Counted from the stretch's first letter, positions 9,267-18,292 are shown. The stretch is 34,357 nucleotides of DNA from Myxococcales bacterium (GCA_045863395.1 BTVJ01000079.1:1-34357), one strand, 5' to 3'. Notes: generated from the sequence alone by a model not told the origin. Made by a program: numbers and translations.

Positions 9267-9619
9267 GAACCGTCGGGACGGCGCTGACGGGAGGGGCCGG
9301 GGAACGGTCCCCACCGTTCGCCGAGACGGTCAACCTGCCATATACAACGGTCCCCACCGTTCCCGGGAGACGCTCGGGGAACGGTCCCCACCGTTACAGA
9401 GGGGGACCGACGGCGTCTGGAACGGTTCGAGGAACGGTGGGGACCCTTCGCGGAGGGCGTTGGTGGTCGGGCGGAACGGCCCCCACCGTTCGCGGAGGGC
9501 GTTGGTGGTCTTGTGGAACGGTCCCAGCCGTTCGTGGAGGGCGTTCGCAGTCTCTTGGAACGGCCCCCACCGTTCTGCAGGGGGCCCCGAAGGGCCACGC
9601 GCAACCGTGGAGACTGTTC
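9267..9619. repeat. array of palindromic repeats GAACGGT-CCCC-ACCGTTC, 42-bp period in the core
   Basis: Copies start at 9302, 9345, 9379, 9432 (inverted, GGGG loop), 9474, 9516 and 9558. Degenerate copies at 9267 and 9602, half-site at 9420. Confidence 0.92.
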
Positions 9620-9773
9620 GGAGCGCTGCCGGGTTTGTCCCCGAGCGTCACTCGAGATGGGTACTTGCCATTTCGGCTGCACCAACGCATGGTCGGCGAC
9701 CAGCGACAAAGACGGAGCGGCGGGCGGGTCCCTGGGGTAGGGGACGGGCGCCGCTCGACACAGGAGGCGGTCC

Positions 9774-10592
9774 ATGACGACGGATGCGGCGGAGCTGGAC
9801 TACACGCCCGCGCGGGGCGAGGCGGCGCTGGCGGCGGTGCGGGAGGCGGCGGAGGCTCTCGCGCCCGGGGACGTGCAGCGCATCTCGGCGGGGCTCCTGA
9901 ACGCCGGCCTCCGCGCCATCGGGGTGGCGCGGCGGGTCATCGGCGACGAGGCGCTGGCGGCGCGGTTCGAGCGGCTGCCGCCTGATGAGCTCTCGCCGGA
10001 GCACCTCGCGCGCCTCTCTGACCTGGGGTGGGCGGCCGTGCATCTGCATCAGCAGGCTCTGCGGGCGGAAGCTGTGGCGACGAGCGCAAAGCTGCCCGTG
10101 AAACTGGTGGAGGAGGCAGTCTCCCGGCGGTCGCGCATGCTCGCCGCCGCCACCTACTATCTCGGCGACCTGCCGGAGACCGGGGCGGAGATCGCCTCCA
10201 TCCGGTCAGGGGGCGGGCACACGGACCTGGCCCTCGACCTGCAGCGGCTCGCGGTCCTTTACGACGCGCACCGCTCCGTGCTCGAGAGTGACAAGAAGTA
10301 TTGGCGCGCGACGGACGCCAGCGACGCGCGACGCGACGGCGACGAGATTCTCGAGACCATCGCCGGCACCCGGCTCCCGGGCATGCCCGCTGACCTCCCC
10401 GAGCGCGTCTTCACCCTGCTGCGGGTGAGCTACGGCGAGGTCCGGTCCGCGGCCCTCTGGCTCCTTCGGGGCGAGCCCGGGGCGTTGGACGGCTTCCCGT
10501 CGCTCCACGCGGTGGACTCCAAGCCCAAGGCGGCCCCGAAGCCTGCCCCGGCTCCTGCCCCCACCCCCGCGGAGCAGCCCGCCCTGGCCTGA
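9774..10592 (+). CDS. hypothetical protein, likely all-alpha, with Pro/Ala tail
   Basis: AGGAGG RBS, GC3-biased codons, amphipathic helical pattern, motif EIASIRSGGGHTDLALDLQRLA. No TM segment or catalytic motif recognised. Confidence 0.85.
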   Translation: MTTDAAELDYTPARGEAALAAVREAAEALAPGDVQRISAGLLNAGLRAIGVARRVIGDEALAARFERLPPDELSPEHLARLSDLGWAAVHLHQQALRAEAVATSAKLPVKLVEEAVSRRSRMLAAATYYLGDLPETGAEIASIRSGGGHTDLALDLQRLAVLYDAHRSVLESDKKYWRATDASDARRDGDEILETIAGTRLPGMPADLPERVFTLLRVSYGEVRSAALWLLRGEPGALDGFPSLHAVDSKPKAAPKPAPAPAPTPAEQPALA

Positions 10593-10716
10593 CCGGCGGC
10601 CTGGTGCCGAGCGGTCTCCCTGGCTCAGCCACAGCGCGCTCCTCCGCAGCGCGTCGGCGCCGCAGGCGGACCATCTCCGCGGCAGGACCCCTCGTCCAAG
10701 CGTCGTGGCGCCGGGG

Positions 10717-12360
10717 TCAGCCCGCCGGGAACAGCGACTGCATGCGCATGGCGAGGGAGATGTCCCCCGCGATCTTCGCGCGGCCCGTCGTGAAGAGGAG
10801 CATGCCGTTGAGGCGGCCGTTGACCATCTCCACATAGTCGCCGGCGCCAACGGTGAGCGTCACATTCGGGCTCGGGTGGGGTCCCTCTGCGACCGTGAGA
10901 GCCCCGTGCTGGACCACGGCGTGCCACGTACCTCCACCGTTGCCCGTGATGTCCCATTGGAATACGGCGTCGAGGCCGATGCTCGCGGACGCCACGAAGC
11001 GGGCGGGGAGCGTCTCGAAGTAGTCGGAGACGCTCGAAGCCGCCGGCCGGACCTTCCTGGGAGGCGATGGCGTCGATTCCGGCGCAGTCGTTCCTCGCGA
11101 CGGAGCCACCTGTTGCGGAGCCACCTGCGCTTCCGCGACGCTGTGGAACGCCCCAGCCGTCTCGGCACCGTCGGACGGGCGAACAACGAGGCCGCGCATC
11201 GACTGCACGGCACCGACGACCCGGTCTCTGAGCCCCAGGACCTCCGCCTGGACTCGACCCAGGCTCCATCGGCTGCCGGGCCCCCCGTGGTCAGGCGCCG
11301 TCTGTCCAGCGGCTCGCGACGACCCCTCATCATGGCCAGGCCCCTCGGCTCCGGCTCGCGCCGGCCCCTCCTCGTGACCCGGCGCCTCCGCGCCTTCGAC
11401 GGCACCGGCGGGCTCCTCGTAGAACTGCCGCGCCCACCGGCGAAAGGTGGAGAAGCCGCGCTCCCCGGCGGCCAGCACGGGACGCTCCAGGTAGGCCTTG
11501 CGCTCCCAGATCGGGAAGTCCCGCGGGATGTCGGCCACGAACGAGCGATAGAAGATCTCCGCCAGCTCCTCGGTGCGCTCCGCGTCGTCGAGGCGGCGCA
11601 TCTCCACTCCGACGCGTATGGCGATGCGCTCCCCGTCGATGGGCGTCGCGTAGAGCCGCTCCCGCGCCTCCAGCCCCACGTTCAGCACCCGCGTCGTGAT
11701 CAGGAGCACCCCCAGGCCATGGCATGCGAACGTGTTCTCGACCTGGCTGTCGATGCCGGGCATGCCGATGACCTCGCCCGGGGCCAGAAACCCGACGACG
11801 GTCGTCAGCGTCGCCCCGTCCGGCGTCGTCGGCTGCACCAGGCTCGGCTCCCTCATCCGGTGCACCGGGCCGAAGTGCGCCCAATCGACGCTGTTCTCCA
11901 GCACCTCCTGCACGTGGGTGGAGACCGTCCACTCCACCGTCCGCGTGCTGGACCAGCCCGCCTCGTCCAGCGCGGGGATCTCGAAGGAGGGATCCACGTC
12001 CGGCTCGCTCCACGCCAGGATCACTCCGTTCTGCTCCTTCACGGGCGTGGTCTGGATGCGCGCCCTCCCCGGCACCTTCGCGGCGTATGGCACCTCGACG
12101 CACCGCCCCTGTCCGTCCCACCGCCAGCCGTGAAACGGGCACTGGACCGTGTCGCCCTGCACAGTCCCGTCACCCAGGTGGGCACCGAGGTGCCCACAGT
12201 GCGGATCGAGGGCCGAGACAACGCCGGAAGCACCGCGGAGCAACAGCAGCTCCCGCCCGAAGGCGCGAACCGTTCGCAAGGACGCCGGTGGCACCTCGCT
12301 CGAGAAGGCGACGGCGTACCAGCTCCTGGGAACAGCGGACATCGGATAGCGCGAGCTCAC
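10717..12360 (-). CDS. Rieske oxygenase (KshA/Neverland-like) fused to a C-terminal SCP2 sterol-binding domain
   Basis: GTG at 12360 with AGGAGG. Rieske ligands CGHLGA..CPFHGW, iron site ENSVDWAHFGPVH, DFPIWERKAY. SCP2 segment FQWDITGNGGGTW...GRLNGMLLFTTGRAKIAGDISLAM. Confidence 0.88.
   Translation of the reverse strand: MSSRYPMSAVPRSWYAVAFSSEVPPASLRTVRAFGRELLLLRGASGVVSALDPHCGHLGAHLGDGTVQGDTVQCPFHGWRWDGQGRCVEVPYAAKVPGRARIQTTPVKEQNGVILAWSEPDVDPSFEIPALDEAGWSSTRTVEWTVSTHVQEVLENSVDWAHFGPVHRMREPSLVQPTTPDGATLTTVVGFLAPGEVIGMPGIDSQVENTFACHGLGVLLITTRVLNVGLEARERLYATPIDGERIAIRVGVEMRRLDDAERTEELAEIFYRSFVADIPRDFPIWERKAYLERPVLAAGERGFSTFRRWARQFYEEPAGAVEGAEAPGHEEGPARAGAEGPGHDEGSSRAAGQTAPDHGGPGSRWSLGRVQAEVLGLRDRVVGAVQSMRGLVVRPSDGAETAGAFHSVAEAQVAPQQVAPSRGTTAPESTPSPPRKVRPAASSVSDYFETLPARFVASASIGLDAVFQWDITGNGGGTWHAVVQHGALTVAEGPHPSPNVTLTVGAGDYVEMVNGRLNGMLLFTTGRAKIAGDISLAMRMQSLFPAG
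11269..11394 (-). repeat. three degenerate 42-bp (14-aa) repeats in the Rieske-SCP2 linker
   Basis: GAEAPGHEEGPARA / GAEGPGHDEGSSRA / AGQTAPDHGGPGSR. Confidence 0.7.
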
Positions 12361-12611
12361 GGGCACCTCCTGGTCGTCATCCCCAGGATGCGGGTCCGTG
12401 GCAGGGGGAGTCAATCGCCAAGGACTCGAACGCCAGTCCAGAATCGCGTTGCCTTTCAGGGACATACGAGTCGATTCGGCGCCGCAGGACAGAGAGAGCG
12501 GATCGCGGCGCGCACTCCGTCCGGCCCCCGCGCTGCGCGCTCCCCCGGCGCAGGCCGGCTCGGCGCTCGGCGCGTTGACGCCCACGTCCCGCCCCTCTAG
12601 GCTCAGTCGCG

Positions 12612-15497
12612 ATGGACGCCTCTCCTCCCAGTCCGGGTGCGCGCGGCAGGCAGGCGCTGGTGTTCGTCGGACTCACCGGGCTTGCTGCCGTCGCCAACCT
12701 GGCTCCTCTCACGGTCTTCTACCGGGTCGACTTCCTGCTCGGCAGCATCGCGACCATGGTGGTCGCGCGCCTCTTCGGGGGAGTGGCGGCGGCCGCCTGC
12801 GCCACCGCCGCCTCGGTCCGGGTCTGCGCCGCGGCGGAGGACCCCTTCGCGTTGCTCTTGTATGTGGGGGAGGCCGCCGTCGTGGGGCGGGCGCTGCGAC
12901 GGACCCGGTCCGGGCTGGTGCTGATCGACGCGGGCTACTGGGTCGCGGTCGGGATGCCGTTGGCCTGGCTGTCCTATCGCTTCGTTGCGGATCTCTCGGC
13001 CTCGGGGGCGCTCCTCGTCGCGCTCAAGCTGGGGGTCAACGGCCTCGTCAACGCCGTTGTAGCAAGCATCTTCGGGCGCTTGCCGGGCCTTCGCCGATGG
13101 CTGTCCCTCCCGGAGCATCGCGCCTCCGTGTCACTCCACCAGCGCCTGTTCAACCTGCTTGTGGCGCTCGTGTTGCTCCCTTCATCGATCCTGGTGTCCC
13201 TCTCGGGCCGTGAGCGGGTCGCGACCATCGAGCGCGACGCGGTGGCCAGCCTCTCCCAGCTTGGCGCCGCCGTCGTCGCTCAGGTGCAGGACTGGCGCAT
13301 TCGGCACGAGCGCGTCATCCACTCATTGGCCGATACGGCGGGGGAGGAGCTCCCCAGCCTTCAGGACATCCAGCACCGGCTCCGCACCCTGGTGCTGTCC
13401 TCCGCCGACTTCCGGAACATGTACGTGGCCGATGAGCGGGGCATCGCCCTCGCTTACTACCCTCCCATCAACCACCGGGGCGAGCCCACCGTTGGCCTCG
13501 ACTTCTCTGACCGCTCCTACTTCAAGCACGTCTTGGAGACCCGGGCGGCGGTGATCTCCAACGTCCTCCTCGGGCGCGGCGCCATCTTCACCCCCATCGT
13601 GGTGTACGGCGCGCCTGTGGTGGTCGCTGGGCGCCTTGCGGGCGTCGCGGTGGGCGCCGTGGACCTGGCACCCGTCGCCCAGATGCTTCGACCTTACGCG
13701 GTCCACGCCGGCGACCGAGTCACCATCGTGGACGGGGAGAGCCGCATCGTCGCCAGCAGCGTTGCCAGTTGGCATCCGATGACCTGGTTCGTCGACCGGC
13801 GCCAGGGCGTCCTGCGGACCATGGACCGCGACACGTGGGTCTGGGCCCCACCGACGTCCATGGCCCTGGCGATGGTCCGGTGGGAGGGCGCGGTCTTCGT
13901 CCAGGAGCATGCCATCCCGGGCCTCGACGCGTGGAAGGTCGTCGTCGAGCTCCAGATGGGCCCCATCGTCGAGGAGCTGGACAGGAGCCTCATCGCCTAC
14001 CTGTCCGGCGCTTGGGGGCTCGGCTTGCTGGCCCTCCTGGTCGCCCACACTGCCAGCCGATGGTTCGCGCGGCCGATCCGCCTCCTCGGTGAGGTGACCA
14101 CCGACCTCCCGGACCGGCTCATCGGGGGGGGAGCCGTCTCCTGGCCCCACGCGTCGACCGAGGAGCTGGACAGCCTGGTGACGAACTTCCAGACGATGGC
14201 GGCGGCCGTGGAGCAGCAGGTGCGGGCGTTGCAGGAGCAGTCCCGGCTGCTGGCGCTGGCCAACGACGACCTGCGGGACGAGATGGCCGAGCGCAGGCGC
14301 CTGGAGGAGCGTGTGCGCCAGGCCCAGAAGATGCAGGCGGTCGGCACGCTGGCCGCTGGAATTGCACACGAGTTCAACAACCTGCTCGCCATGATCCTCG
14401 GCTGGGCTGCGCTGGTGCGAGCCGACCTCACGCCCGGCTCCAGCGCCGCGCGCCGCATCGCCGAGGTGGAGGCGGCGGGCCTGCGCGCCCGGGATCTGGT
14501 CCAGCAGATCCTCCTGTTCAGCCGCCAGCAGGAGCGGGTCAAGGTGCCCGTTGCGCTCGGGCCCCTCGTGCAGGACACGGTGCGGCTCCTGAGGACGACG
14601 CTGCCGTCCACGGTGGATCTGCGGGCCCGTGTCACCTTGGGGGACGTCACGGTGCTCGGGGATCCCACGGAGCTCCAGCAGGTGCTCATGAACCTGGCCC
14701 TCAATGCGGAGCACGCGATGCGCCCCGATGGTGGAACCCTGGAGGTGGAGCTGGACGTCGCCCCGTTGCGGGAGCCGATGGCCGCCTCGCCGGCGCCGAT
14801 CCCCGCAGGAGACTGGGTCAGGCTTCGCGTCCGCGACAGCGGCCACGGGATGGACGCGGAGCTGGTCGGCCGCATCTTCGAGCCCTTCTTCACGACGAAG
14901 CCCCAAGGCGAGGGGACGGGGATGGGGTTGTCCGTGGTCCACGGCATCGTCACCGGGCTCGGGGGCGCCATCGCTGTGTGGAGCGAGCCCGGCCTCGGGA
15001 CTTGCATGGACGTCTACCTGCCCCGAGGCGATGGTCTGTCGCCGGTCGGCGAACCCGTTCCTCCGCGGAACAGCCGCGGGAGCGAGCGCGTGCTGTTCGT
15101 GGACGACGAGCCCGCGCTGGCCCTGCTCGGGCGGGAGATGCTGGAGGCGCTGGGGTACTCGGTGGCGTCCTTCACGAGCAGCGCCGAGGCGCTGCGGGTC
15201 TTCGGCGCTGACCCGGGGGCGTTCGATGTACTCGTCACGGACCAGACCATGCCCGAGCTGACCGGGGACGCTTTGATCCGCGCCGCGCGGGCCATGCGTC
15301 CCGAGCTCCCAGCCATCATCTGCACGGGCTACAGCCACACCCTCTCGCCCGAGGCGGCCCTGGACCAGGGCATCGACGCCTTCCTCTACAAGCCGCTCGT
15401 CGCCGAGGACCTGGGAGCCGCCATCCGCGAGGCAGTTGGACGGAGGGGCAGGCGGTCTCACATCTCGCTGTCTGGCGCGCCGGAAAATGAGACGTGA
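12612..15497 (+). CDS. hybrid sensor histidine kinase (multi-TM N-terminus, dCache, HAMP-like, HisKA, HATPase, receiver)
   Basis: GLDFSDRSYF (dCache), GIAHEFNNLL (H box), QVLMNLALNA, DSGHGMD, FEPFFTTK, GTGMGL, receiver VDDE..TDQTMP..KP. Confidence 0.93.
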   Translation: MDASPPSPGARGRQALVFVGLTGLAAVANLAPLTVFYRVDFLLGSIATMVVARLFGGVAAAACATAASVRVCAAAEDPFALLLYVGEAAVVGRALRRTRSGLVLIDAGYWVAVGMPLAWLSYRFVADLSASGALLVALKLGVNGLVNAVVASIFGRLPGLRRWLSLPEHRASVSLHQRLFNLLVALVLLPSSILVSLSGRERVATIERDAVASLSQLGAAVVAQVQDWRIRHERVIHSLADTAGEELPSLQDIQHRLRTLVLSSADFRNMYVADERGIALAYYPPINHRGEPTVGLDFSDRSYFKHVLETRAAVISNVLLGRGAIFTPIVVYGAPVVVAGRLAGVAVGAVDLAPVAQMLRPYAVHAGDRVTIVDGESRIVASSVASWHPMTWFVDRRQGVLRTMDRDTWVWAPPTSMALAMVRWEGAVFVQEHAIPGLDAWKVVVELQMGPIVEELDRSLIAYLSGAWGLGLLALLVAHTASRWFARPIRLLGEVTTDLPDRLIGGGAVSWPHASTEELDSLVTNFQTMAAAVEQQVRALQEQSRLLALANDDLRDEMAERRRLEERVRQAQKMQAVGTLAAGIAHEFNNLLAMILGWAALVRADLTPGSSAARRIAEVEAAGLRARDLVQQILLFSRQQERVKVPVALGPLVQDTVRLLRTTLPSTVDLRARVTLGDVTVLGDPTELQQVLMNLALNAEHAMRPDGGTLEVELDVAPLREPMAASPAPIPAGDWVRLRVRDSGHGMDAELVGRIFEPFFTTKPQGEGTGMGLSVVHGIVTGLGGAIAVWSEPGLGTCMDVYLPRGDGLSPVGEPVPPRNSRGSERVLFVDDEPALALLGREMLEALGYSVASFTSSAEALRVFGADPGAFDVLVTDQTMPELTGDALIRAARAMRPELPAIICTGYSHTLSPEAALDQGIDAFLYKPLVAEDLGAAIREAVGRRGRRSHISLSGAPENET

Positions 15498-15511
15498 GAC
15501 CGCTCGGCCCC

Positions 15512-16648
15512 CTACCAGCTTACGGCGTCGAAGCAGACGCGGCGCCAGTAGGTGTTATCGGCGCGGATCTCGAAGGTGACGTCCGCGGTCCCCGGGGAGG
15601 TGTCCACGTGCATCTCGTGCCACGAGAAGTCCCCGCGGGGCATCGTCGCCTCCCACACCACGTCTCCTTCGACCAGCGCGCGGAAGCTGACGGGGCTGCC
15701 GTTGTCCTGGCGGACCGTCCAGAGCGTGAGGCCGACGCCTCCGCTCAGCACGGTGCCTAGCGTGACGGCCGGGTAGCGGATGCGCAGCACGCCGCCGTCG
15801 GGGAAGGCGTGGGCCCAGATGCAGCTCCGGCGCGTGTCGCCGACCTCGGTCATGCGCTCCCGGACCTCGGTCCACCAGCGGCCGTCGCAGGTGTGGCGAT
15901 CACTGGACCAGCGGCAGGTCATGCGCGGGCCGCCCGGCGTGGTGCGCTCCACGTGCGCGTCGGCGAGCGCGGCGCGGAAGTCCGTGGCCGGCGTCACGTT
16001 GACCGTGGCGCGCTGGACGACCAGGTTCGGGGCTGAGAGCAGCGTCTCCGGCTCCGACAGGATGGGCGGAAGGTCGGTGGCGGGGCGCCCGACGATGAAC
16101 ACGCGCCTGAACCGCGCCACATCGGACGGGACCAGCGGCGCAGAGTGCAGCACGAAACGCCCCCGCGGGAGCCCCCGCTCCATGGCGACGCGCTCCAGCT
16201 CGGCCCAGCTTGCCGCGGCCCACGTGGGGTTGACCCACACCGCGTCGCCCGGCTGGAGCTGCTCCGCGAGCACGTCCACGGCTGCCTCCCAGCTCGCCGC
16301 CGGCGGCACGGAGGCCTCGATGGCCAGCTCGGCCAGCCATGACGCGACGGCGATCACAGGGATCAGGAGCCACAGCCACGCGCGGCGGCCCGCACCTGGC
16401 GTGCCCGCGCCTGGCGCCGTCGCGGGGACGGCGGCGGGTGCGCCCTGGGCGTCGGGCATGGCGGTCTCCGGCGTCCCCGGCTCCAGGGCTGCCTCCTCCT
16501 GACCCAGCGCCTCCCCTGCGTGGAGTGCATCGGCGCCCGCCTCCGCATCGACGGCGGATGGCGCCTGCTCCGCGGTCTGCTCTGCCGTCCGCCCTGGGAT
16601 CTGCTCGATGGACGGCTCCGGCGGCACCCGCTCCTCGGGCCCGCTCAT
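15512..16648 (-). CDS. hypothetical membrane-anchored protein with a beta-rich C-terminal domain
   Basis: ATG at 16648 overlaps the TPR gene stop (ATGA). Acidic Pro/Ala N-terminus, one TM segment (AWLWLLIPVIAVASWL), Trp/Cys-rich beta-type C-terminus. Confidence 0.75.
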   Translation of the reverse strand: MSGPEERVPPEPSIEQIPGRTAEQTAEQAPSAVDAEAGADALHAGEALGQEEAALEPGTPETAMPDAQGAPAAVPATAPGAGTPGAGRRAWLWLLIPVIAVASWLAELAIEASVPPAASWEAAVDVLAEQLQPGDAVWVNPTWAAASWAELERVAMERGLPRGRFVLHSAPLVPSDVARFRRVFIVGRPATDLPPILSEPETLLSAPNLVVQRATVNVTPATDFRAALADAHVERTTPGGPRMTCRWSSDRHTCDGRWWTEVRERMTEVGDTRRSCIWAHAFPDGGVLRIRYPAVTLGTVLSGGVGLTLWTVRQDNGSPVSFRALVEGDVVWEATMPRGDFSWHEMHVDTSPGTADVTFEIRADNTYWRRVCFDAVSW

Positions 16649-18198
16649 CGCCCCACCTTGGCGCGGGCGCGGCCGGCCCACTCGCTCTGCACGCCGGCCT
16701 CGTCCGCCAGGCTCGCTGCGGCCTCGAAGTGCTTCTTCGCCACGGCCGGCTTCTTGAGCCGCTCCGCCTGGAGCCCCGCCTGGAAGCCGATTCGCACGCG
16801 CTCCGCGGCCTCGCCCTCGCCGGTCTTGAGCGCCCGCTCGTAGCGATCGAGCGCCTCCTTGGCCTTGCCCATGGTCCCGTAGAGGTCCCCCACTCGCGCC
16901 AGCAGCGTTGCGCGCCGCTCGCCATAGGCCTTGATGTGCAGGTCGAGCAGCTCCGCCGCCTCGGGCAGCCGGTTGTCCTGGAGCAGGAGGTCCGCGGCGG
17001 CCAGCAGCGCCTCGGGAGCGTCGTCCTCCTTGGGGAAGCTCCGGGCGAAGCGGCTCCAGAGCGCGATGGCGTCGTCCACGAGCCGCTTCTCGTTGGCGAT
17101 CTGTCCGGCCATCAGCAGCGCCTTGGGCACGAGCTCGCTCTTGGGCCACCCGTCGATGACGCCCTTGTAGGCGGCGAGCGCTTCATCGTCGCGCCCGAGC
17201 TTGCGCAGGCAGTACGCCCGGTTGAACAGCGCTCGCGGCGCATCGGGGCCCTTGGGGTCGGCAGCGACGAGCGCCGCCAGCTCGCCCTCGGCCTCCGCCC
17301 ACCGTTCGGCCTCCAGGAGCTTCATGACGCGCCCGAAGCCCGCGTTGACGGCGCTCCTGCTCAGCTTGTCCCGGAAGGCCGCCGTCGCCGCCGGGGTGGC
17401 CAGCTCCGCGGCCTTCAGCCTCTCGATGACCGCCAGGTATGCGTCCCAGTCGCCACGCGCCCGGGGGCCCTCCATCAGCTCTTCTGCCGCGGCCTCGGCC
17501 ACGTCTGTCGCCGGGCGCCACCGGAACACCTTCTCGAACAGTGGCGCGGCCTCGTCCTTGCGCCCGTAGGCAGCCAGCAGATCGGCCAGCAGGTAGACCA
17601 CGCGCGCCCGCACCTCCGGGTCCGGGTCGAAGCGCTCGTGATCGCTCACGAAATACCGCATCGCCTCCACCTGCTTCGCCACGGGGTCGGGCATGGGCAG
17701 CGTCCGCCCCCGCTCCGCCGCCTCCGCCCGTTCGGCGTCGGTCGGGCGCCGGGACCCGCCCTTCGCCTGCACCGCCTCCAGCAGCGCCTTGGCCGTGTGG
17801 ACCGCGCACAGGGCCGCCTCCGCGCGGTCCGCCACGGCGGGCTCCTGGTCACGGAGCTTGCTGCACGTCACGAGCGCCGCCTCGTCGTCGCCCATGTCCC
17901 GCTGGGCGCGGGCCTTTGCCAGCTTCGCCGTCGCAGCGCGCGGATCGTCCTTGAACGACTCGCTGAAGCGCTCGTACAGCTCGATGGCCTCCTCGAACAG
18001 GGCGCGGACCTCGTCAGCCGGCATCTGCCCGATGGCCCTGTGGGTGCGCGCCAGCTCGTGCTGGGTCGCGGCCTCGCCCAGCATGGCGTCCGGCGACGCG
18101 GCGGCGGGCTCGTCGTCACCCGTGGTGAAGTCCATGGTCTCCTGGGCGGCGGCCAGGGAGGACCAGAGGAGCAGGCTGAACGTCGCGATCATCTTCAT
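16645..18198 (-). CDS. secreted tetratricopeptide-repeat protein
   Basis: Signal peptide MKMIATFSLLLWSSLAAA. YfiO/CpoB-like TPR units such as APRALFNRAYCLRKLGRDDEALAAYKGVIDGWPKS. Confidence 0.88.
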   Translation of the reverse strand: MKMIATFSLLLWSSLAAAQETMDFTTGDDEPAAASPDAMLGEAATQHELARTHRAIGQMPADEVRALFEEAIELYERFSESFKDDPRAATAKLAKARAQRDMGDDEAALVTCSKLRDQEPAVADRAEAALCAVHTAKALLEAVQAKGGSRRPTDAERAEAAERGRTLPMPDPVAKQVEAMRYFVSDHERFDPDPEVRARVVYLLADLLAAYGRKDEAAPLFEKVFRWRPATDVAEAAAEELMEGPRARGDWDAYLAVIERLKAAELATPAATAAFRDKLSRSAVNAGFGRVMKLLEAERWAEAEGELAALVAADPKGPDAPRALFNRAYCLRKLGRDDEALAAYKGVIDGWPKSELVPKALLMAGQIANEKRLVDDAIALWSRFARSFPKEDDAPEALLAAADLLLQDNRLPEAAELLDLHIKAYGERRATLLARVGDLYGTMGKAKEALDRYERALKTGEGEAAERVRIGFQAGLQAERLKKPAVAKKHFEAAASLADEAGVQSEWAGRARAKVGR

Positions 18199-18292
18199 GG
18201 GGTGGGCATCCTAGCCTGCTTTGTGCGCCCTATCCAGGAGCACCGAAGTCTGAGGCTGACAGCACACGCACGGGGCGCTATGTTCGCCCGAC

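Noticed and set aside
9267..9619. Canonical CRISPR array
   Set aside because: Repeats are only 18-19 bp and in both orientations, spacers are short and irregular with three near-identical, and there is no cas gene or AT-rich leader.
9100..9985. ORFs crossing the array (9212-9985, 9100-9777, 8531-9775, 9394-9690) and a helicase start at 9357
   Set aside because: They overlap better-supported genes and simply translate the repeats. Family-like helicase sequence begins at MSTAYH (9219).
9267..10592. TIGR-Tas array or REP/RAYT locus
   Set aside because: No box C/D-like motifs, and no Nop, RuvC, HNH or HUH-Tyr signature recognised in the adjacent protein. A structure search is needed to exclude it fully.
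6635..10716. Intact mobile element or prophage
   Set aside because: No integrase, transposase, tRNA or flanking direct repeats seen.
12361..12611. Riboswitch or ncRNA upstream of the Rieske gene
   Set aside because: Only short inverted repeats; no conserved riboswitch core recognised.
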